The notes: a model not told the origin generated them from the letters alone. DNA of 64,000 bases from Minutocellus sp. GHC0000111 (GCA_977018835.1 OZ361256.1:2356001-2420000); one strand, 5' to 3'. Numbered from the stretch's first letter, positions 34,025 to 46,322 are shown. Numbers and translations: made by a program.

Positions 34025-35251
34025 ATGGATCTCCTCGACCTCGCTTCGCGTCAACGATGGTCGTCTCTGGCCGCTCGTGCGGTGTCCCACCCAGAGGAGA
34101 TTAGACTGTCCGATCCTTCGGGATTGACCCCGCTTCACTGGTGTTCTTTCAACCGGCCACCTCTATCGGTAATCCGGGCGATGCTTGACAACGCACCAGA
34201 TGATGAGAATAATGATGGCAACAATTTGCTGCCCCCATTGGTATGTTTGGCGGACGTTCATGGGACAACCCCCTTGCACGCGGCATGTTCATCGCATGCA
34301 TCACCCGCAGTGATCCAAGCTCTCGTGGATTCGCACCCACCCTCAATTCTGATCCAAGATGAGATGGGATGGACAGCACTTCATTACCTCACCGGCACGG
34401 CTTTCGCCTCATTATCGTTCTCAGAAGCGGAGGGACGAGATGCAATCGCTTCAGTGAGAATGTTGATAGAAAGAGAAACACAATGTGTAAAGTGCGTCGA
34501 TCGGGAGGGACAAACCCCGATTGCGTTACTGTGCGAGGTGATGGGCAGCCATCACGATCCAGGATGGCAGTTCATACGTCGTCGGGTGAGAAGCAATGTC
34601 CAAAACGATAATGAAGCTGGGCAAGCTTCAGCGGCTGCAATTGGCAATCTATCATTAGAGCAAGAGGATGCGGCAGAAGACACTTTTTGGACACTGGCAA
34701 AGATATTGGTCAGGGCTATGTATCAGAACTGGTGTATACAATTTTCTATTACACACCAAGAGCTCGAAATGCCAACAGATCTTCATCAGATGTGTGTGTT
34801 ATTTGTTCCAGGAGACCTAATTCGTTACACACTGACTAGACACCCCGAGCAGACACGAATATCACGCGATATAGGCAAGTTGAAACGTCAGCTTCCGTTG
34901 CATCTAGCTTTGCGTTTCACAAAGCACAATTCCTCAACTATTTGGAATATTCTTTCGGCAAATCGAGAGGCTGCGAAAATACGTGACGGCGATGGAATGT
35001 TGCCACTACAGCTTGCTCTCAAGGCGCAGCGTCGTTGGGGAAATGGGACGGGGGATGTCTTGATTGCGTATCCGGAAGCTCTGGAAGCAATATATGGACT
35101 TAATTGTTCTACTTATCCCTTTATCATTCAGAGGGCAATGCGAAACTCAGTCAAAGCACAGCAGGTTCAGGCAGTATTCAGAATTCTCCGATCAAGACCT
35201 GACCTTGTACATCAACAGCCCGAAGGAAGTTGGACTAACGCAACTACGTAG
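34025..35251 (+). CDS. Ankyrin-repeat protein
   Basis: GLTPLHW, GTTPLHAAC, GWTALHY, GQTPI, LPLHLAL, GMLPLQLAL. Confidence 0.9.
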   Translation: MDLLDLASRQRWSSLAARAVSHPEEIRLSDPSGLTPLHWCSFNRPPLSVIRAMLDNAPDDENNDGNNLLPPLVCLADVHGTTPLHAACSSHASPAVIQALVDSHPPSILIQDEMGWTALHYLTGTAFASLSFSEAEGRDAIASVRMLIERETQCVKCVDREGQTPIALLCEVMGSHHDPGWQFIRRRVRSNVQNDNEAGQASAAAIGNLSLEQEDAAEDTFWTLAKILVRAMYQNWCIQFSITHQELEMPTDLHQMCVLFVPGDLIRYTLTRHPEQTRISRDIGKLKRQLPLHLALRFTKHNSSTIWNILSANREAAKIRDGDGMLPLQLALKAQRRWGNGTGDVLIAYPEALEAIYGLNCSTYPFIIQRAMRNSVKAQQVQAVFRILRSRPDLVHQQPEGSWTNATT

Positions 35252-35305
35252 ATAATTGAAATCAAGATTACACTACAATTGAATGTTTTAAGTCCACCAC
35301 AATTC

Positions 35306-36853
35306 TCACGTCCAATCATGCGGTATGACAATGGATCCATCATCAGCTAAATGTACGAAATGCCCTCGTCCTGTGATGCCAAGTGATTGTCCTGCCAACT
35401 TGACTACCTCTTGATTATGAACTGCATCGATTTTTACTAAACGCAAAAGTGAATCGACGACCTCTGGAAGCGTCACAGTTGAATTTGTTTCATGATACAC
35501 TCTTGAAAGACCGAGCTGGCTCCTCGCTAATGCAACAGCATCTTTTGCTTTTGTAATCTCTACAGTTCGTTCTTCGACCATCTCCCTCGCGTCCTTACTC
35601 CAACGAGAAATACTCTTCAAAATCTCGTTGCCGCCCATGCCCGATCCAACCCTTATAGATCCATCTTTATTCAACCTAGCTCTCCTGCATGCCTGGTCAG
35701 CCTCTACCACCAGCTGAAGTCGCGTGAGTGCTACCTTATTCGATGTTTGTGCTATTCCACTTTTTAGAGCTTCAGCGTCTTTCTCTAACCATCTTGCAAG
35801 TCGTTTCACAAATGCATGGTACTCAATCGATGGGCATGTCAATCCCTTCTTCAATTTCACATTCAGGCCATTCTGCACTGCTTTGGCATTGAGCCTCAGG
35901 GCGCGCTGATTTTTGTCCAATTCTGTAAGAGAGTCCTCTGTGACGCTTTTTAATATCTCAAGCCATTGAATAGGTGTTGCCGCGGGATGTAATCGTATCA
36001 CACCGCCATACAAGTCTACATTCGACGTTGCATCATCATCGTATGATATGACAAGACGCATTGGATAGAAGGTTTCGACCTGCAGGGCTGACTTGTGCTC
36101 ATCGTGCAATGCCGTCAGTGAAGAGAGCAGCATTGCGAGAGATGACGATGACCAGCCCATGCCCGTGCCATCGATTGCTTGGAATCCGTAGGCCCTCCGA
36201 GCCACCAACGCCGCTGCCGATGCATCGAGTCGGCTTGCCTTTCTGTCCTCAATGTCTGATAGCTCCAAATTGCGAAGAAATCCACCCAGAGAGCTCCCTC
36301 TTTTGCTGTTCACATCATACTTGTGATCGATTTCTTGAAGCCTGGGTTTTGCGTTACCATCGGATGCTCTGCTGGCCGCCCATATAATGCCATGCATTCG
36401 ATTGAATTCAGATGCCGCCGACCCAGTTCGGGTTGCATTCTCAGCCTCGGCATTTCTTTTCCACGCTATGTCAGTCGGCACTTCGGGTGGCGGAGGAGGG
36501 TCAGGCAGACCCGCCACGCCAGATACTTCGAGTGCTTTGGCCATCTGCTCCAAAATGTTGGGAACTGTGTCATTCAGCCTAATCGTGTGTTTCACACTTC
36601 TGCCGTCATTCCGCTGCAGATAGTATGTGTAGTGACCATTATTTTTGGATTGGTGCACGCCAGCGGGCGCCAAAACAGCTCCACTTGCCTGATAGGAAAG
36701 GAAGTCGGGCGAAGAGCACCTCTCCCCAAGTGCTTGCACCAGATTGGCTTGTCGTTTGCGCACCGATGCATTGTCAGATCGGAATCTGTCTGGGTGGGAG
36801 CGGAGCAAGAACGCCTTGCGGATACGCTGCACGTAGGCCGATCGGTTTGTCAT
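35306..36853 (-). CDS. TCAIM-like (DUF4460/DUF4461) J-domain-like protein
   Basis: N-terminal FLLRSHPDRF (HPD) and C-terminal DDGSIVIPHDW. Confidence 0.65.
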   Translation of the reverse strand: MTNRSAYVQRIRKAFLLRSHPDRFRSDNASVRKRQANLVQALGERCSSPDFLSYQASGAVLAPAGVHQSKNNGHYTYYLQRNDGRSVKHTIRLNDTVPNILEQMAKALEVSGVAGLPDPPPPPEVPTDIAWKRNAEAENATRTGSAASEFNRMHGIIWAASRASDGNAKPRLQEIDHKYDVNSKRGSSLGGFLRNLELSDIEDRKASRLDASAAALVARRAYGFQAIDGTGMGWSSSSLAMLLSSLTALHDEHKSALQVETFYPMRLVISYDDDATSNVDLYGGVIRLHPAATPIQWLEILKSVTEDSLTELDKNQRALRLNAKAVQNGLNVKLKKGLTCPSIEYHAFVKRLARWLEKDAEALKSGIAQTSNKVALTRLQLVVEADQACRRARLNKDGSIRVGSGMGGNEILKSISRWSKDAREMVEERTVEITKAKDAVALARSQLGLSRVYHETNSTVTLPEVVDSLLRLVKIDAVHNQEVVKLAGQSLGITGRGHFVHLADDGSIVIPHDWT

Positions 36854-37230
36854 TGTGCGGCTACGAGGGCAACGGCCGCCGCTTACATCATGCTATCCGG
36901 CGCGGCAGCAGCATCCAGCACTTGTTCTGTTTCGGCATGTTCTCTGCCTGCAAAATGGGTGCAGTTCGAAGAAGAGACATGAGAGAGAGCGAGAATCGCG
37001 AGAGATCGCGTGCATTTGAGCCACTAAAACTGGTCGTTCTAACCACTAAAATGAGATCGATCTGCACACACACACCCGCGGGGCTGAAGCCTGAAAGATC
37101 CATCCACACGACGACGAACGACGAATTATCCGACCATAGCGAATGTCCGCAGTCACATCACACTTGAAGCCACACCAGCAAGATCCATCTCCTCATCGCC
37201 ATACGACGACGAATTATCCGACTATCGCGA

Positions 37231-38445
37231 ATGTCCGCCGAGCCTATTACCACAAACCGCCACCTAGAAGTAGCCGCACCAGGGGGGCTATTCTCGTTTG
37301 CCGATGAGAATCCAAAGCAATTGGCAGGCACCTTCTTCCAGGCATCTCTATTGCCATACCTGCTGTTCCTCTACTTTTTGGCGTTCTCGGCAAATAGAAT
37401 GCCCTGGATCGGCAACTTCGGCTTTCAACATCTACTCCTCTTTGTGGCGATGACGATCGTCGCGGGTATTCTAGCCAAGGCGAATTACGATCTATCGCTT
37501 GCCGACTCGGATTGGCTGCATGGATTGTCAGAGTCGTTGCTGACGGTATCGAATCTTTTAATTGTCTTTGGATTAAACGATGCAATGACAAAAAGAGAAC
37601 CACCGCCCAAAATAGGCTGTCTTGCTGCATTAGGATATGCTGCAATTTGCTTTGTGATGGTGGCTTTGGGAGTTTCTACATTTGCATACGAGAAACATTC
37701 ACAATTGCTTGGTGGCTTTGGAAATTTGAGCTCCTCGTGGATATCGCATTTCCCTTTGGCCATTCACGCTGAACCGAAGAATGCCCTCTCCATACCAACT
37801 TGGATCGTCCACTTCTCGTCGGTGTATGAATGTCTCTTTGCAATGAATCTTATTTGGAAATTTGCAAGCTGTGCGGGGAATACTACCTGGAAAGGGCTTA
37901 CGTGGGGCATGGTGCCACTCCACGTTTCTAGCATATGTGCAGTTACACACCACTTCTTCTACAATGCACCAGACCTATTGTTTTTGGTTTCCACGCAGGG
38001 CTTCTTGACATTGTTGGGAAACACGACATGTATGATTGCTGCCTATCGCATTGCTAGAAGCAATGGATGGTCACTAAATCAATTGCTGGACCCATTTGGA
38101 TGCCAACGACAATATAATGTCCTAAGCGAACCACCACTCGCTTTACAAGAAAATGGAAGCACAAGCGCTCGTCTTGCAACCAAGCTATTGCTTCTGGTGG
38201 CGGTAAGCGCCTACATGACAAAATATGGCGAACTTGGTCTGGAACTTCCGTTCAACCCTAATGTTCCGGCCGCACTCGCTTTTGTCATTGGTATTCCCGC
38301 GATAACAATAATACAATATGGTACCCTTTCAATAGGGAGAAACGAAAGTGTCGGTGGCATGCAATTTGCCGGTAGCAGCAGCTTAGATCTGGCAAGAGGG
38401 CGAGAATATGATGAAGATTTGGACGAAGAATCCCCATTGAAATAA
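37231..38445 (+). CDS. DUF3593 + Ycf49/DUF2499 membrane protein
   Basis: FQASLLPYLLFLYFL, DWLHGLSESLLTVSN, NALSIPTWIVHFSSVYE, WKGLTWGMVPLH...THHFFYN. Confidence 0.85.
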   Translation: MSAEPITTNRHLEVAAPGGLFSFADENPKQLAGTFFQASLLPYLLFLYFLAFSANRMPWIGNFGFQHLLLFVAMTIVAGILAKANYDLSLADSDWLHGLSESLLTVSNLLIVFGLNDAMTKREPPPKIGCLAALGYAAICFVMVALGVSTFAYEKHSQLLGGFGNLSSSWISHFPLAIHAEPKNALSIPTWIVHFSSVYECLFAMNLIWKFASCAGNTTWKGLTWGMVPLHVSSICAVTHHFFYNAPDLLFLVSTQGFLTLLGNTTCMIAAYRIARSNGWSLNQLLDPFGCQRQYNVLSEPPLALQENGSTSARLATKLLLLVAVSAYMTKYGELGLELPFNPNVPAALAFVIGIPAITIIQYGTLSIGRNESVGGMQFAGSSSLDLARGREYDEDLDEESPLK

Positions 38446-38653
38446 ATGTAATCAGAGAGGTCGATCACAATAAAGTAGCGTACAGCAGCTGTAGCTGGAA
38501 AGCAACCCGAAATATTCCATGCAGGCACTAGGACCGGTTCCGGGCGGAGTCGTGTGAGCATTAGCCGGCGGCTGCCACCAAGCGTGCAATGGCAAGTTCC
38601 AATTAGATAAGGAAGGATAAGGATATGTAAAAGATTGGTCTATTGAGACCTGA

Positions 38654-41600
38654 TTGCATGATGGCTGGGGAAGCAGATCACCTCACACTGGCGACAGACA
38701 GACAGACCGAATAGAACAGATTTATTTTCCCAGCCCCACCCACCCCACGCACGCCATTTTGCCGCCAAGTCAGAGAACCATGAGCTCAAACACTGATTCT
38801 TCCGGCGCAGACGGCGGACTACCAAGAAAACGCCAGAAGCTATCAAATAGCTCGAAAGACGATGCCGGTGACCCCGCTCTTGCCTGTTTCCCCGATCTCA
38901 ACCCCGACAAAGCACAAGAGCAACCTCAACGCGATGTGAGTTGTGACAGCACGGATGGTCTCAAAAGTGCCGTGGGTGGGATGGAGATTGATTCTACCAC
39001 TGACGAGCGGGCCCATGCTTCAGATGCCACTCCCATGGGCAACAAAGATCCGCAAATGAAAGTAACTGGTCTGCGCCTTGAGGCCATCTTTCACCCAAAG
39101 TTTGACAATGAAAATCGAACGACGGCCGACATACGAAATAGGATGTTGGAACGGGTCGCCCAATCCCGCGGATATCTGGAAGTTTCACTGAAACATTCCG
39201 GATCTCTTCTGCTCTGGAGCGGCTGCATGAGATATTACTCCAAAAATTCGACGGATAACCGATTTGCCCATGCAGGTGAAATCATTCTGAGGCAGCACTT
39301 TGCTCGTGCGTGGAACGAAGACGACACCAACCAAAATGATGTTGCCGCAGAGTCAAAGTACAAGGTGTGTTCCGATGTTGTCGAGTCTCTGCGCTTGACT
39401 TTATCGTTTGAGGTGGTCACTTCTGTGCTGGGTCAGCATGGAGATATTTCCAATCGGGACTTTTTGATTCTGACTGCCATTGCAGATAGATCATCCGAAG
39501 GAGGTCGAGGCCGTTTCTTCGATACGCTTGAATTGGTGGAATTCGCCCAAAGATTCCGATTGCCGCACAACGATTTTTGGCTGTATCAGACAACAGAGTC
39601 GTGCAACAAACTTTTTCATCTATACGACAATTCAAGAGAAACAGCCCTTGCCGATGGGACTGTCGCGTCTCTGTCAGCAACTTGTGATGGAGGCAATCAT
39701 ATCGAAAGCATTTATCCGCATGTTGTGTTCCAAGGCAACATCTTGGAAGGACTTGTCATTCGATATGTGTCGTATGGAAATCAGGATACCGACGGCAAAG
39801 ACGATACAGCCAGTGAAATAATGATGAAAACAAAGAGATTGGCGATGTCATCCAGCGGAATTCTCAAAGTTGTGCCGCCCGAGAAAGCATCATCGTTTGA
39901 ACAGCCGCTGAAAGACACCGCTGCCAAGGTTTTGCGTACCGATATTCGAACTCTTCGCAAAGATCACCCCGACCCAGTAGTGCCGCCCGCCTTCGATCTT
40001 GCGCTAGCGGAAGTATTAGGCGAAACGTCTGGCGAACGTAGACGACGACAAATTTTGTTTCTGCAGGGAAAACAGAAGAAGGAATCATTTGATCCACTTC
40101 AATGTGCGCGAGAAATATTGCAGGATGCAGGCGGCGCCGCTGTTCGTAGTTTGGATTCTGAATCATTGGCGATTGCATCTCTGATCACAAAGCTCGATGA
40201 ATTGCACATTCCTATTGACTACAAGATCTTTGAGGAAACAGTGGGAGGTGAAAGTCGTACCCTCGTTACAATCCACATCAAGAACGATTATTCGTTCCAG
40301 AAATATTCTCGTCACATGAAATCTGGAGACTTACCGCTTTATCGTGGATTTGTGGTGCAGCTTGTCTTTGAAGGCGAGCCAAACGAAAAATTTCCAACGA
40401 AATCTGAGCCATCGCTGGATCCATCAGCAAATTTTGAAGAGCCTCTCATGCTCAAGATGAAGTGTCTACCATACATGGTTAGGACCTTTGCTATTAGAAA
40501 TGGCCTGTCAATTTTGGAGAAATCTGGATGTGAGGCTTATGATCGTTATACAATGAATCTTCTCAAGACATGGGGTGTATCCCGCGCCGCAATGGAGCAA
40601 TGGCAACCATTTTTTCACGCTTGGGGTATATATGCTCGGAATCTTGTCGGCAAAGATCGGATTGAATCATCTTTGGTCTCTAATGGCGTGCCGGCGTTGA
40701 CCACGGACACATACCTCTTCCATCTGGATCATTTTTCTAATTTATTATGCTGGGAAAGTAGGAGGGAAAGACGAGTCTTCTCCAGGGACGGCGTGACCCT
40801 TGAGAGGGCTTGTCATTGTTGTTGGCCTAACAAAAGAAGCATCGGAGGAGGCCGCAAATAAGCTTGCATCGACATTGCATAGCCGTCGAGCGAATGAGAT
40901 TAACTCCTTCACAGAAAATGACATGCTCAATGCAATGATGCAAGGCACCGGAGGCGTTGTCTGCAGCGCTACAATTGAAGATGGAATCAAAACTGCCCGA
41001 GTTTTGTCGAAAAAGTACGTCCAATCACTGCGCATAATTTTTCTCAATTGCAGTGATGCGGTTGTCGAGAAATCCCTTGAGCCAGGCAAAGATCTCAAGA
41101 AGCGAATAGGCATGCTCAAGGGGTGGCGCAAGGTACCGTGTAAATCTATGCTGGAGTGGCAAGATTCATCAAACTTGAACGCAGACATTGACGCACTTAT
41201 TAGTGAAATTACTCATGAATCTGCTTCAGTATCATCCGAAGAAGACGAGTCTGGCCCAGGGTTGCTGGTGTTCTTTCCGAGCATTCCCGGCTGCGGTAAA
41301 TCGTCAATTTGCAGCGGTATCTCAGCTGAAACATTCGCTTTGAACTGGGCAGTCAAACCACGTACCACTAAAATACTCGTGGGAGACAAAGTTGAAGGGA
41401 AATATTGGCCAATGGCTCGGCGTGAAAGAATGTCCAAACCATCGTCGATCTTTATCGCCGACAAGAATGCACCCCCAGGCATTTGGTCTACCGTTGGTGA
41501 CATTGCATCTGCATCCCGAGGAGTCCCTAAACCGGTCCTTCCAGATCAGTTGGCCCTGTGTACAACATCCGTCGAAACTGCGTTGGGAAAGCAGTCAAAT

Positions 41601-42683
41601 TTTCCTTTCTCGCTGTCCTTTCTCGCGATATGTATGCTACGGGTTATCAGTAGACCAGAAGATAGTCATTGTGGAAAGCTCGACGCGTCGTGCAAAGACG
41701 CGTGCATGGTTGTCGTCAAGTTTTACTGTTTGTATCGAAATCTGTCGACAGAACAATTCTTGGATAGGCTTCGGGGTACAATTGAGATGTCAGGGGCGCA
41801 GTTTCCCTCCGAATTAATTCGAATTCCCTTCTTTTCGGCCGATGCAACGTCAGACTTGCCCAAAGATCTTACCAGTGTAATCCAGGAGGCAATTCGTTTA
41901 CAAATCGAGATTGAATTGTCAAAGACAGGCGACTTTGATGTGCGAGTGCTTGATATCGAGGGGCGCCTTCGGAAAGCTTTGGCATTGCATCGGCAATTAC
42001 TCGAGGGTCTTGCTGCAAATGAGGAGGAGTCCAAGTCCTCATTCGTTTCTCAGTTATTAAAGCACGTCGAATATTTGGAGAACTTGGATCTTGCTCCGCC
42101 CAAAATAGCATCTACGAACGGATCTAAAGATCCTGAATTCATCAAAATTGTGTCGATCGATGTTGATAGTGCTTGTTTCACCAAGGTCTTGCAAGATTTG
42201 TCCTCGAGAAACGAAGATCTGGCTTTGCAACTCAAAACTGTTGGTGCAATCGGGCCGAACGACGACAGCAGCGTCCCCGGAGGCACTCTAGTAAAAGAGC
42301 CACATGTGACAATGGCACATTATTCACAGCTGTCGCAGATCGAAATGCGTTCTCGGTTTGGCACGGTCGTCAACAAGAAAGTCAAGCTCAAGGTTTCAGC
42401 GTGTCTCTTTGGCGAGAGCAATATTGCCCTCTCGGTTGTTCTGCCTAGCACTGTTGATGGTGAGGCCCCAGTTCCATTACCCGCGTCACAAAACAAGTAT
42501 CCTCATATAACAGTTTGGTTTGGGGAGGGTTCAGTCGCAGCCGATTCGAACAAGCTACCTGACATGGTCGCGGCTGGAACTGCGAAGGCACTTCAACCCT
42601 CGAATGAAATTGAAATGGATGGCACTTTGACCTTTTGGCTCATTGATAATCCCTCTCCTACTCCTATCAGTACCGGTAGCTAA
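38654..42683 (+). CDS. Trl1/plant-RNL-type tRNA ligase (ligase-kinase-CPDase), split by a frame break near 40750-40860
   Basis: EVSLKHSGSL (motif I Lys), EGLV, KMKCLPY; kinase FFPSIPGCGKS and IADKNAP; 2H phosphoesterase PHVTMAH and PHITVW. Confidence 0.88.
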
Positions 42684-42964
42684 AGGCAAAATTAAATCCT
42701 AAAGTACCTCTTGGTTATACCATGCATGTTCTTGGTTTGTTGTTGGAAGATTCATTTGAGTTTTGTCTTGGTTGACTGGCGGAGCTCTTGATTTGGACCT
42801 GACCCTTTTGCCCACACTTAACGTGACTACCAGTCTACGCTACAATGGTTACACCGCAAGGCTGACTGTCTGACTGCCTCCATGCTGTACTTCTAGAGTA
42901 TGTGAGCAGCCGGTGACCAACCGGCCGGCATGCCAATAGCAGCATAACGCAAGAGCAGTGTGGT

Positions 42965-44278
42965 GTGATGAATGCACCGTGGCGTCTGGTGACTGTTTTG
43001 GCACCTGAATTGCGCGTGTGTGGTCAGCAGCAACGTCGTCTCTGCTCAACGCATCATGCTCGTGTCTCAAACCAGCACGAGGTGAACTCTCGTCAATATA
43101 ATAACCAATTGGGAATTGCACGAGCTTACTCCAGCATGAACTTCAAACTTCGCATCTCGGCACAGCGCAAGCCACTTGCTGGGGTGTCTCTGAGCTCTTC
43201 TAGTAGGCCTCGAAATTATTCAGCAACGGCGATGCGGCGATCAGAGCATGGTAAGGGACAGAGAACAGGTGAATCGCCCGGCAATACAAAGATGACAGAA
43301 CCAAGCAAGGAGTTACCCTTACCACCAAATATGCCACAGCCTTCAACCAAAGACGATGTACTCTTTTGGTCAGAAACTCTCATGCGCATAGTTATTGGAA
43401 TGGGCATTGCGCACTGTTTTGACGAATATTTTTTCCGGCTCACGCACACGGAGGGACCGTCTATGATGCCAACAATAAAAAAGAGAGGAGAAATCATACT
43501 GATGGAGCGATTTTCTTATCGGATTCGAGGCTTGGAAGATGGAGACAAAGGGCAGGAAAGATCGCGGTTGGCTAGGTTGAGGCAGATAGAATGGGAAACT
43601 TCTCCATCGTATCGCCATTCGATGCAAGTCGGAGAAAGGGATAAGGGTGCAAAGGAAAATAATGAGGAAAATGACAATATTTGCAATGAGCCAATATGGC
43701 ACAAAGCACGGCCTCTCGAAGTGTCCCACCCATCCAACTCAACCTATGGGGCTCTCTGGAAACAAGTGACATCGCCCTTGGCAGTTGGTGATGTTGTCGT
43801 GGTTCACAGGCCTGGGCGAGAGGGCACCGTTTGCAAGCGCATATTAGGACTACCTGGAGATATTGTTGTCATGCCAAGAGGAGCAGAATCACGTAACCTA
43901 ACCGAGGCAGTGGTGCGCAAGAAGGCAGAGGTTGCGATGGAAAATATGTTGGCCAGCAATCGAGGAAAGCCATCGACGTGGCCCACGACGTCCTTTGAGG
44001 GCAATGTCCCCTTCACACAAAATCAAATATTAATAGTGCCGGATGGTCACATATGGCTTGAGGGAGATAACTCCCTCGATTCTGTTGACTCCAGATCATA
44101 TGGGCCAATCCCAGCTGGACTTGTTATTGGGCGTGTTGTCTGCCGCGTCTGGCCTATCCGTGGCAAAGCTCTTCTTGGACGAGGGGGGAGACCCTTAGAG
44201 AAGGGCCGTTGCTTCAATGGAAGCATTGTTTTCCCCGCTGGTTACGAAGGCGAACGAATATTAGCAGCTAAAGCTTAA
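42965..44278 (+). CDS. IMP1: Mitochondrial inner membrane peptidase (S26, IMP1-like)
   Basis: GPSMMPT (Ser), VCKRILGLPGD (Lys), VPDGHIWLEGDN..DS.DSRSYGPIP. Confidence 0.9.
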   Translation: MMNAPWRLVTVLAPELRVCGQQQRRLCSTHHARVSNQHEVNSRQYNNQLGIARAYSSMNFKLRISAQRKPLAGVSLSSSSRPRNYSATAMRRSEHGKGQRTGESPGNTKMTEPSKELPLPPNMPQPSTKDDVLFWSETLMRIVIGMGIAHCFDEYFFRLTHTEGPSMMPTIKKRGEIILMERFSYRIRGLEDGDKGQERSRLARLRQIEWETSPSYRHSMQVGERDKGAKENNEENDNICNEPIWHKARPLEVSHPSNSTYGALWKQVTSPLAVGDVVVVHRPGREGTVCKRILGLPGDIVVMPRGAESRNLTEAVVRKKAEVAMENMLASNRGKPSTWPTTSFEGNVPFTQNQILIVPDGHIWLEGDNSLDSVDSRSYGPIPAGLVIGRVVCRVWPIRGKALLGRGGRPLEKGRCFNGSIVFPAGYEGERILAAKA

Positions 44279-44457
44279 TTGCACTAATAGTTCAAAGAAG
44301 TTAGCTCATGTATGGCATTGGCTTTATCTATCTCCGAAAAATGCGAAATGCAAGATATGGTTGGTGCAAGGAACTGTATTTTGATGAAAGATTGGCCACA
44401 TGACGAGATGAGCCATGCACTGACTTATGTGACCCCAAGATGCAGCAAACTTGAGTA

Positions 44458-45123
44458 TTACAAACCAGCATTGAAGTCTACAGGGAATCCCAGAAGATAG
44501 TTGATAATATAAGGGTTGTTGTCAAGTTTTTCATGAACCATGAGGGCTAATATGCCCATCATGGCGGCACGGCCGTTGTTCAGCTCAATTGCTCTCTTTT
44601 GCAGCTTGGTATCCTCATCGAAGGTGTCCCAGCCGAAATCAATGTATCCGTTGCGGAAATCACCAGGAAACTCGGCTTCACCAGTCACATCTTTCATCAC
44701 GCTCAATTCCAATAGACCGACAAAGGCTAGAATTTGGACGAAACCAGCTCCTGGTATCTTGGTAAGTGCCGCGATGCCGGTGGGGATGGATTCAAACGGT
44801 GTGCCTTCGAGATCGATATTGCCTGGAAGGCGAACGCCGGCCGACGTCGTCACGTGACCTAGCACAGCAAGCATCGATATCCGACCATGCTTGAGCTCGA
44901 CGTATCGTAGACGATCGAAGCGTTCCTGGTCGGCCTCCTCAAGGAGACCGAGAGGGTCGAAGAAGCCGAGGGGTGGTTGTGCGCCGAGTTCGGACTCAAA
45001 ACTTTGCGCTTGCAGCCCAATATGTGCTGCGTTATCTCGGGGAAAAGATACCGCTGGCGATGTGATGAATGCGCTCACTACGGGAGAGACGGCAAGCAGA
45101 GGGAGGAGGCGTTTGCTATGCAT
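44458..45123 (-). CDS. Lhcf: Fucoxanthin-chlorophyll a/c binding protein
   Basis: VSA-F presequence, GAQPPLGFFDPLG, RLRYVELKHGRISMLA, ELNNGRAAMMG. Confidence 0.97.
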   Translation of the reverse strand: MHSKRLLPLLAVSPVVSAFITSPAVSFPRDNAAHIGLQAQSFESELGAQPPLGFFDPLGLLEEADQERFDRLRYVELKHGRISMLAVLGHVTTSAGVRLPGNIDLEGTPFESIPTGIAALTKIPGAGFVQILAFVGLLELSVMKDVTGEAEFPGDFRNGYIDFGWDTFDEDTKLQKRAIELNNGRAAMMGILALMVHEKLDNNPYIINYLLGFPVDFNAGL

Positions 45124-45686
45124 GGTTTCTATTCAAGTGGTTACGAAAGTTTGGAGAGGAAGGATTTGTATTAGCTCTACTTCAACCTGCGCCATAGACA
45201 CCGATGAGAAGCAATAAAAATGAAAGCTGCGATCGCGAAAGCAGAAAGGCGCCAAGAGCACCAATGTATGGCCAAGACGAAGACGCGAGAACAAACTACG
45301 CCAAAAGGCTGCAAACAAATGCTAAATGAATACTTATACGCAGCTACGTAGTTCTAGAATGTTGTTGTTGACATGCCAAAGTATTCTTACTAATAAAAAT
45401 AATTATGAGAAAGAGCTAAAATCGAACATCTCACAAGAGAAGAGGAGAGTAAACTACCTCTTCCCTCGGAATTAAGTGCCCAATGACGAGCAACCGTTCC
45501 AGCACTTGGTAGGGAGGCTCACGAGCGGGGGTTGGTGTGGGTAATCAATAAAGCAATTTGATATAATCCCTTAGATCATACTTCTTCAGTATGGGTTGGT
45601 TGGTTTGGTATGTAGATATATGTAGAATATTGTCATTGGTGTCGACAATTGTAAATCAGATCAGTAGGTAGATACCGACCGACTGT

Positions 45687-46322
45687 TTACTGAAGGGCAC
45701 CGATGATGGGGAGGTCGGCAACCATGTCGATCTCGTTGAGCTTCTCGTGGACCATGAGGCCGAGGATGCCCATCATGGCGGCACGGCCGTTGTTGAGCTC
45801 GATGGCGCGCTTGGCGAGCTTGGTCTCCTCACCGAAGGTGTCCCAGCCGAAGTCGAGGGCACCGTTGCGGAAGTCACCGGGGAATTCACCGGGCTCGGCA
45901 CCGTTGGCGGAGTCCTTCATGACGAAGAGCTCGAGAGCGCCGACGAAGGCGACGATCTGGAGAAGGCCCTCCTGGGGGATGGCGCTGGGGCCCTGGATGG
46001 CGGCGAGGCCGTTGGGGAAGGAGTCGAAGGAATCACCGGCGTTGTTGATGGCGCCATCGAGGTGGATGCCGGCACGGGTGGTGATCTGGCCGAGGAAGGC
46101 AAGCATACAGATGCGGCCGTGCTTGACCTCGACGTAACGGAGGCGGTCGAAGCGCTCCTGGTCGGCATCCTCGAGGAGGCCGAGGGGGTCGAAGAAGCCA
46201 AGAGGGGGCTGGGCGCCGAGCTCAGACTCGAAGGCCTTGAGGGCGGTGGAGGCCTTGCCGGTCTGGGCAGGAGAGAAGGCAGCGGCAGAGCCGATAAGGG
46301 CGAGGGCGGCGAGCTTGAACAT
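45687..46322 (-). CDS. Lhcf: Fucoxanthin-chlorophyll a/c binding protein
   Basis: MFKLAALALIGSAAAFSP presequence, the same LHC motifs, strong C-ending codon bias. Confidence 0.97.
   Translation of the reverse strand: MFKLAALALIGSAAAFSPAQTGKASTALKAFESELGAQPPLGFFDPLGLLEDADQERFDRLRYVEVKHGRICMLAFLGQITTRAGIHLDGAINNAGDSFDSFPNGLAAIQGPSAIPQEGLLQIVAFVGALELFVMKDSANGAEPGEFPGDFRNGALDFGWDTFGEETKLAKRAIELNNGRAAMMGILGLMVHEKLNEIDMVADLPIIGALQ

Noticed and set aside
40758..40785. 28-nt GT-AG intron to fix the tRNA ligase frame
   Set aside because: Splicing it leads into an in-frame TGA at 40794.
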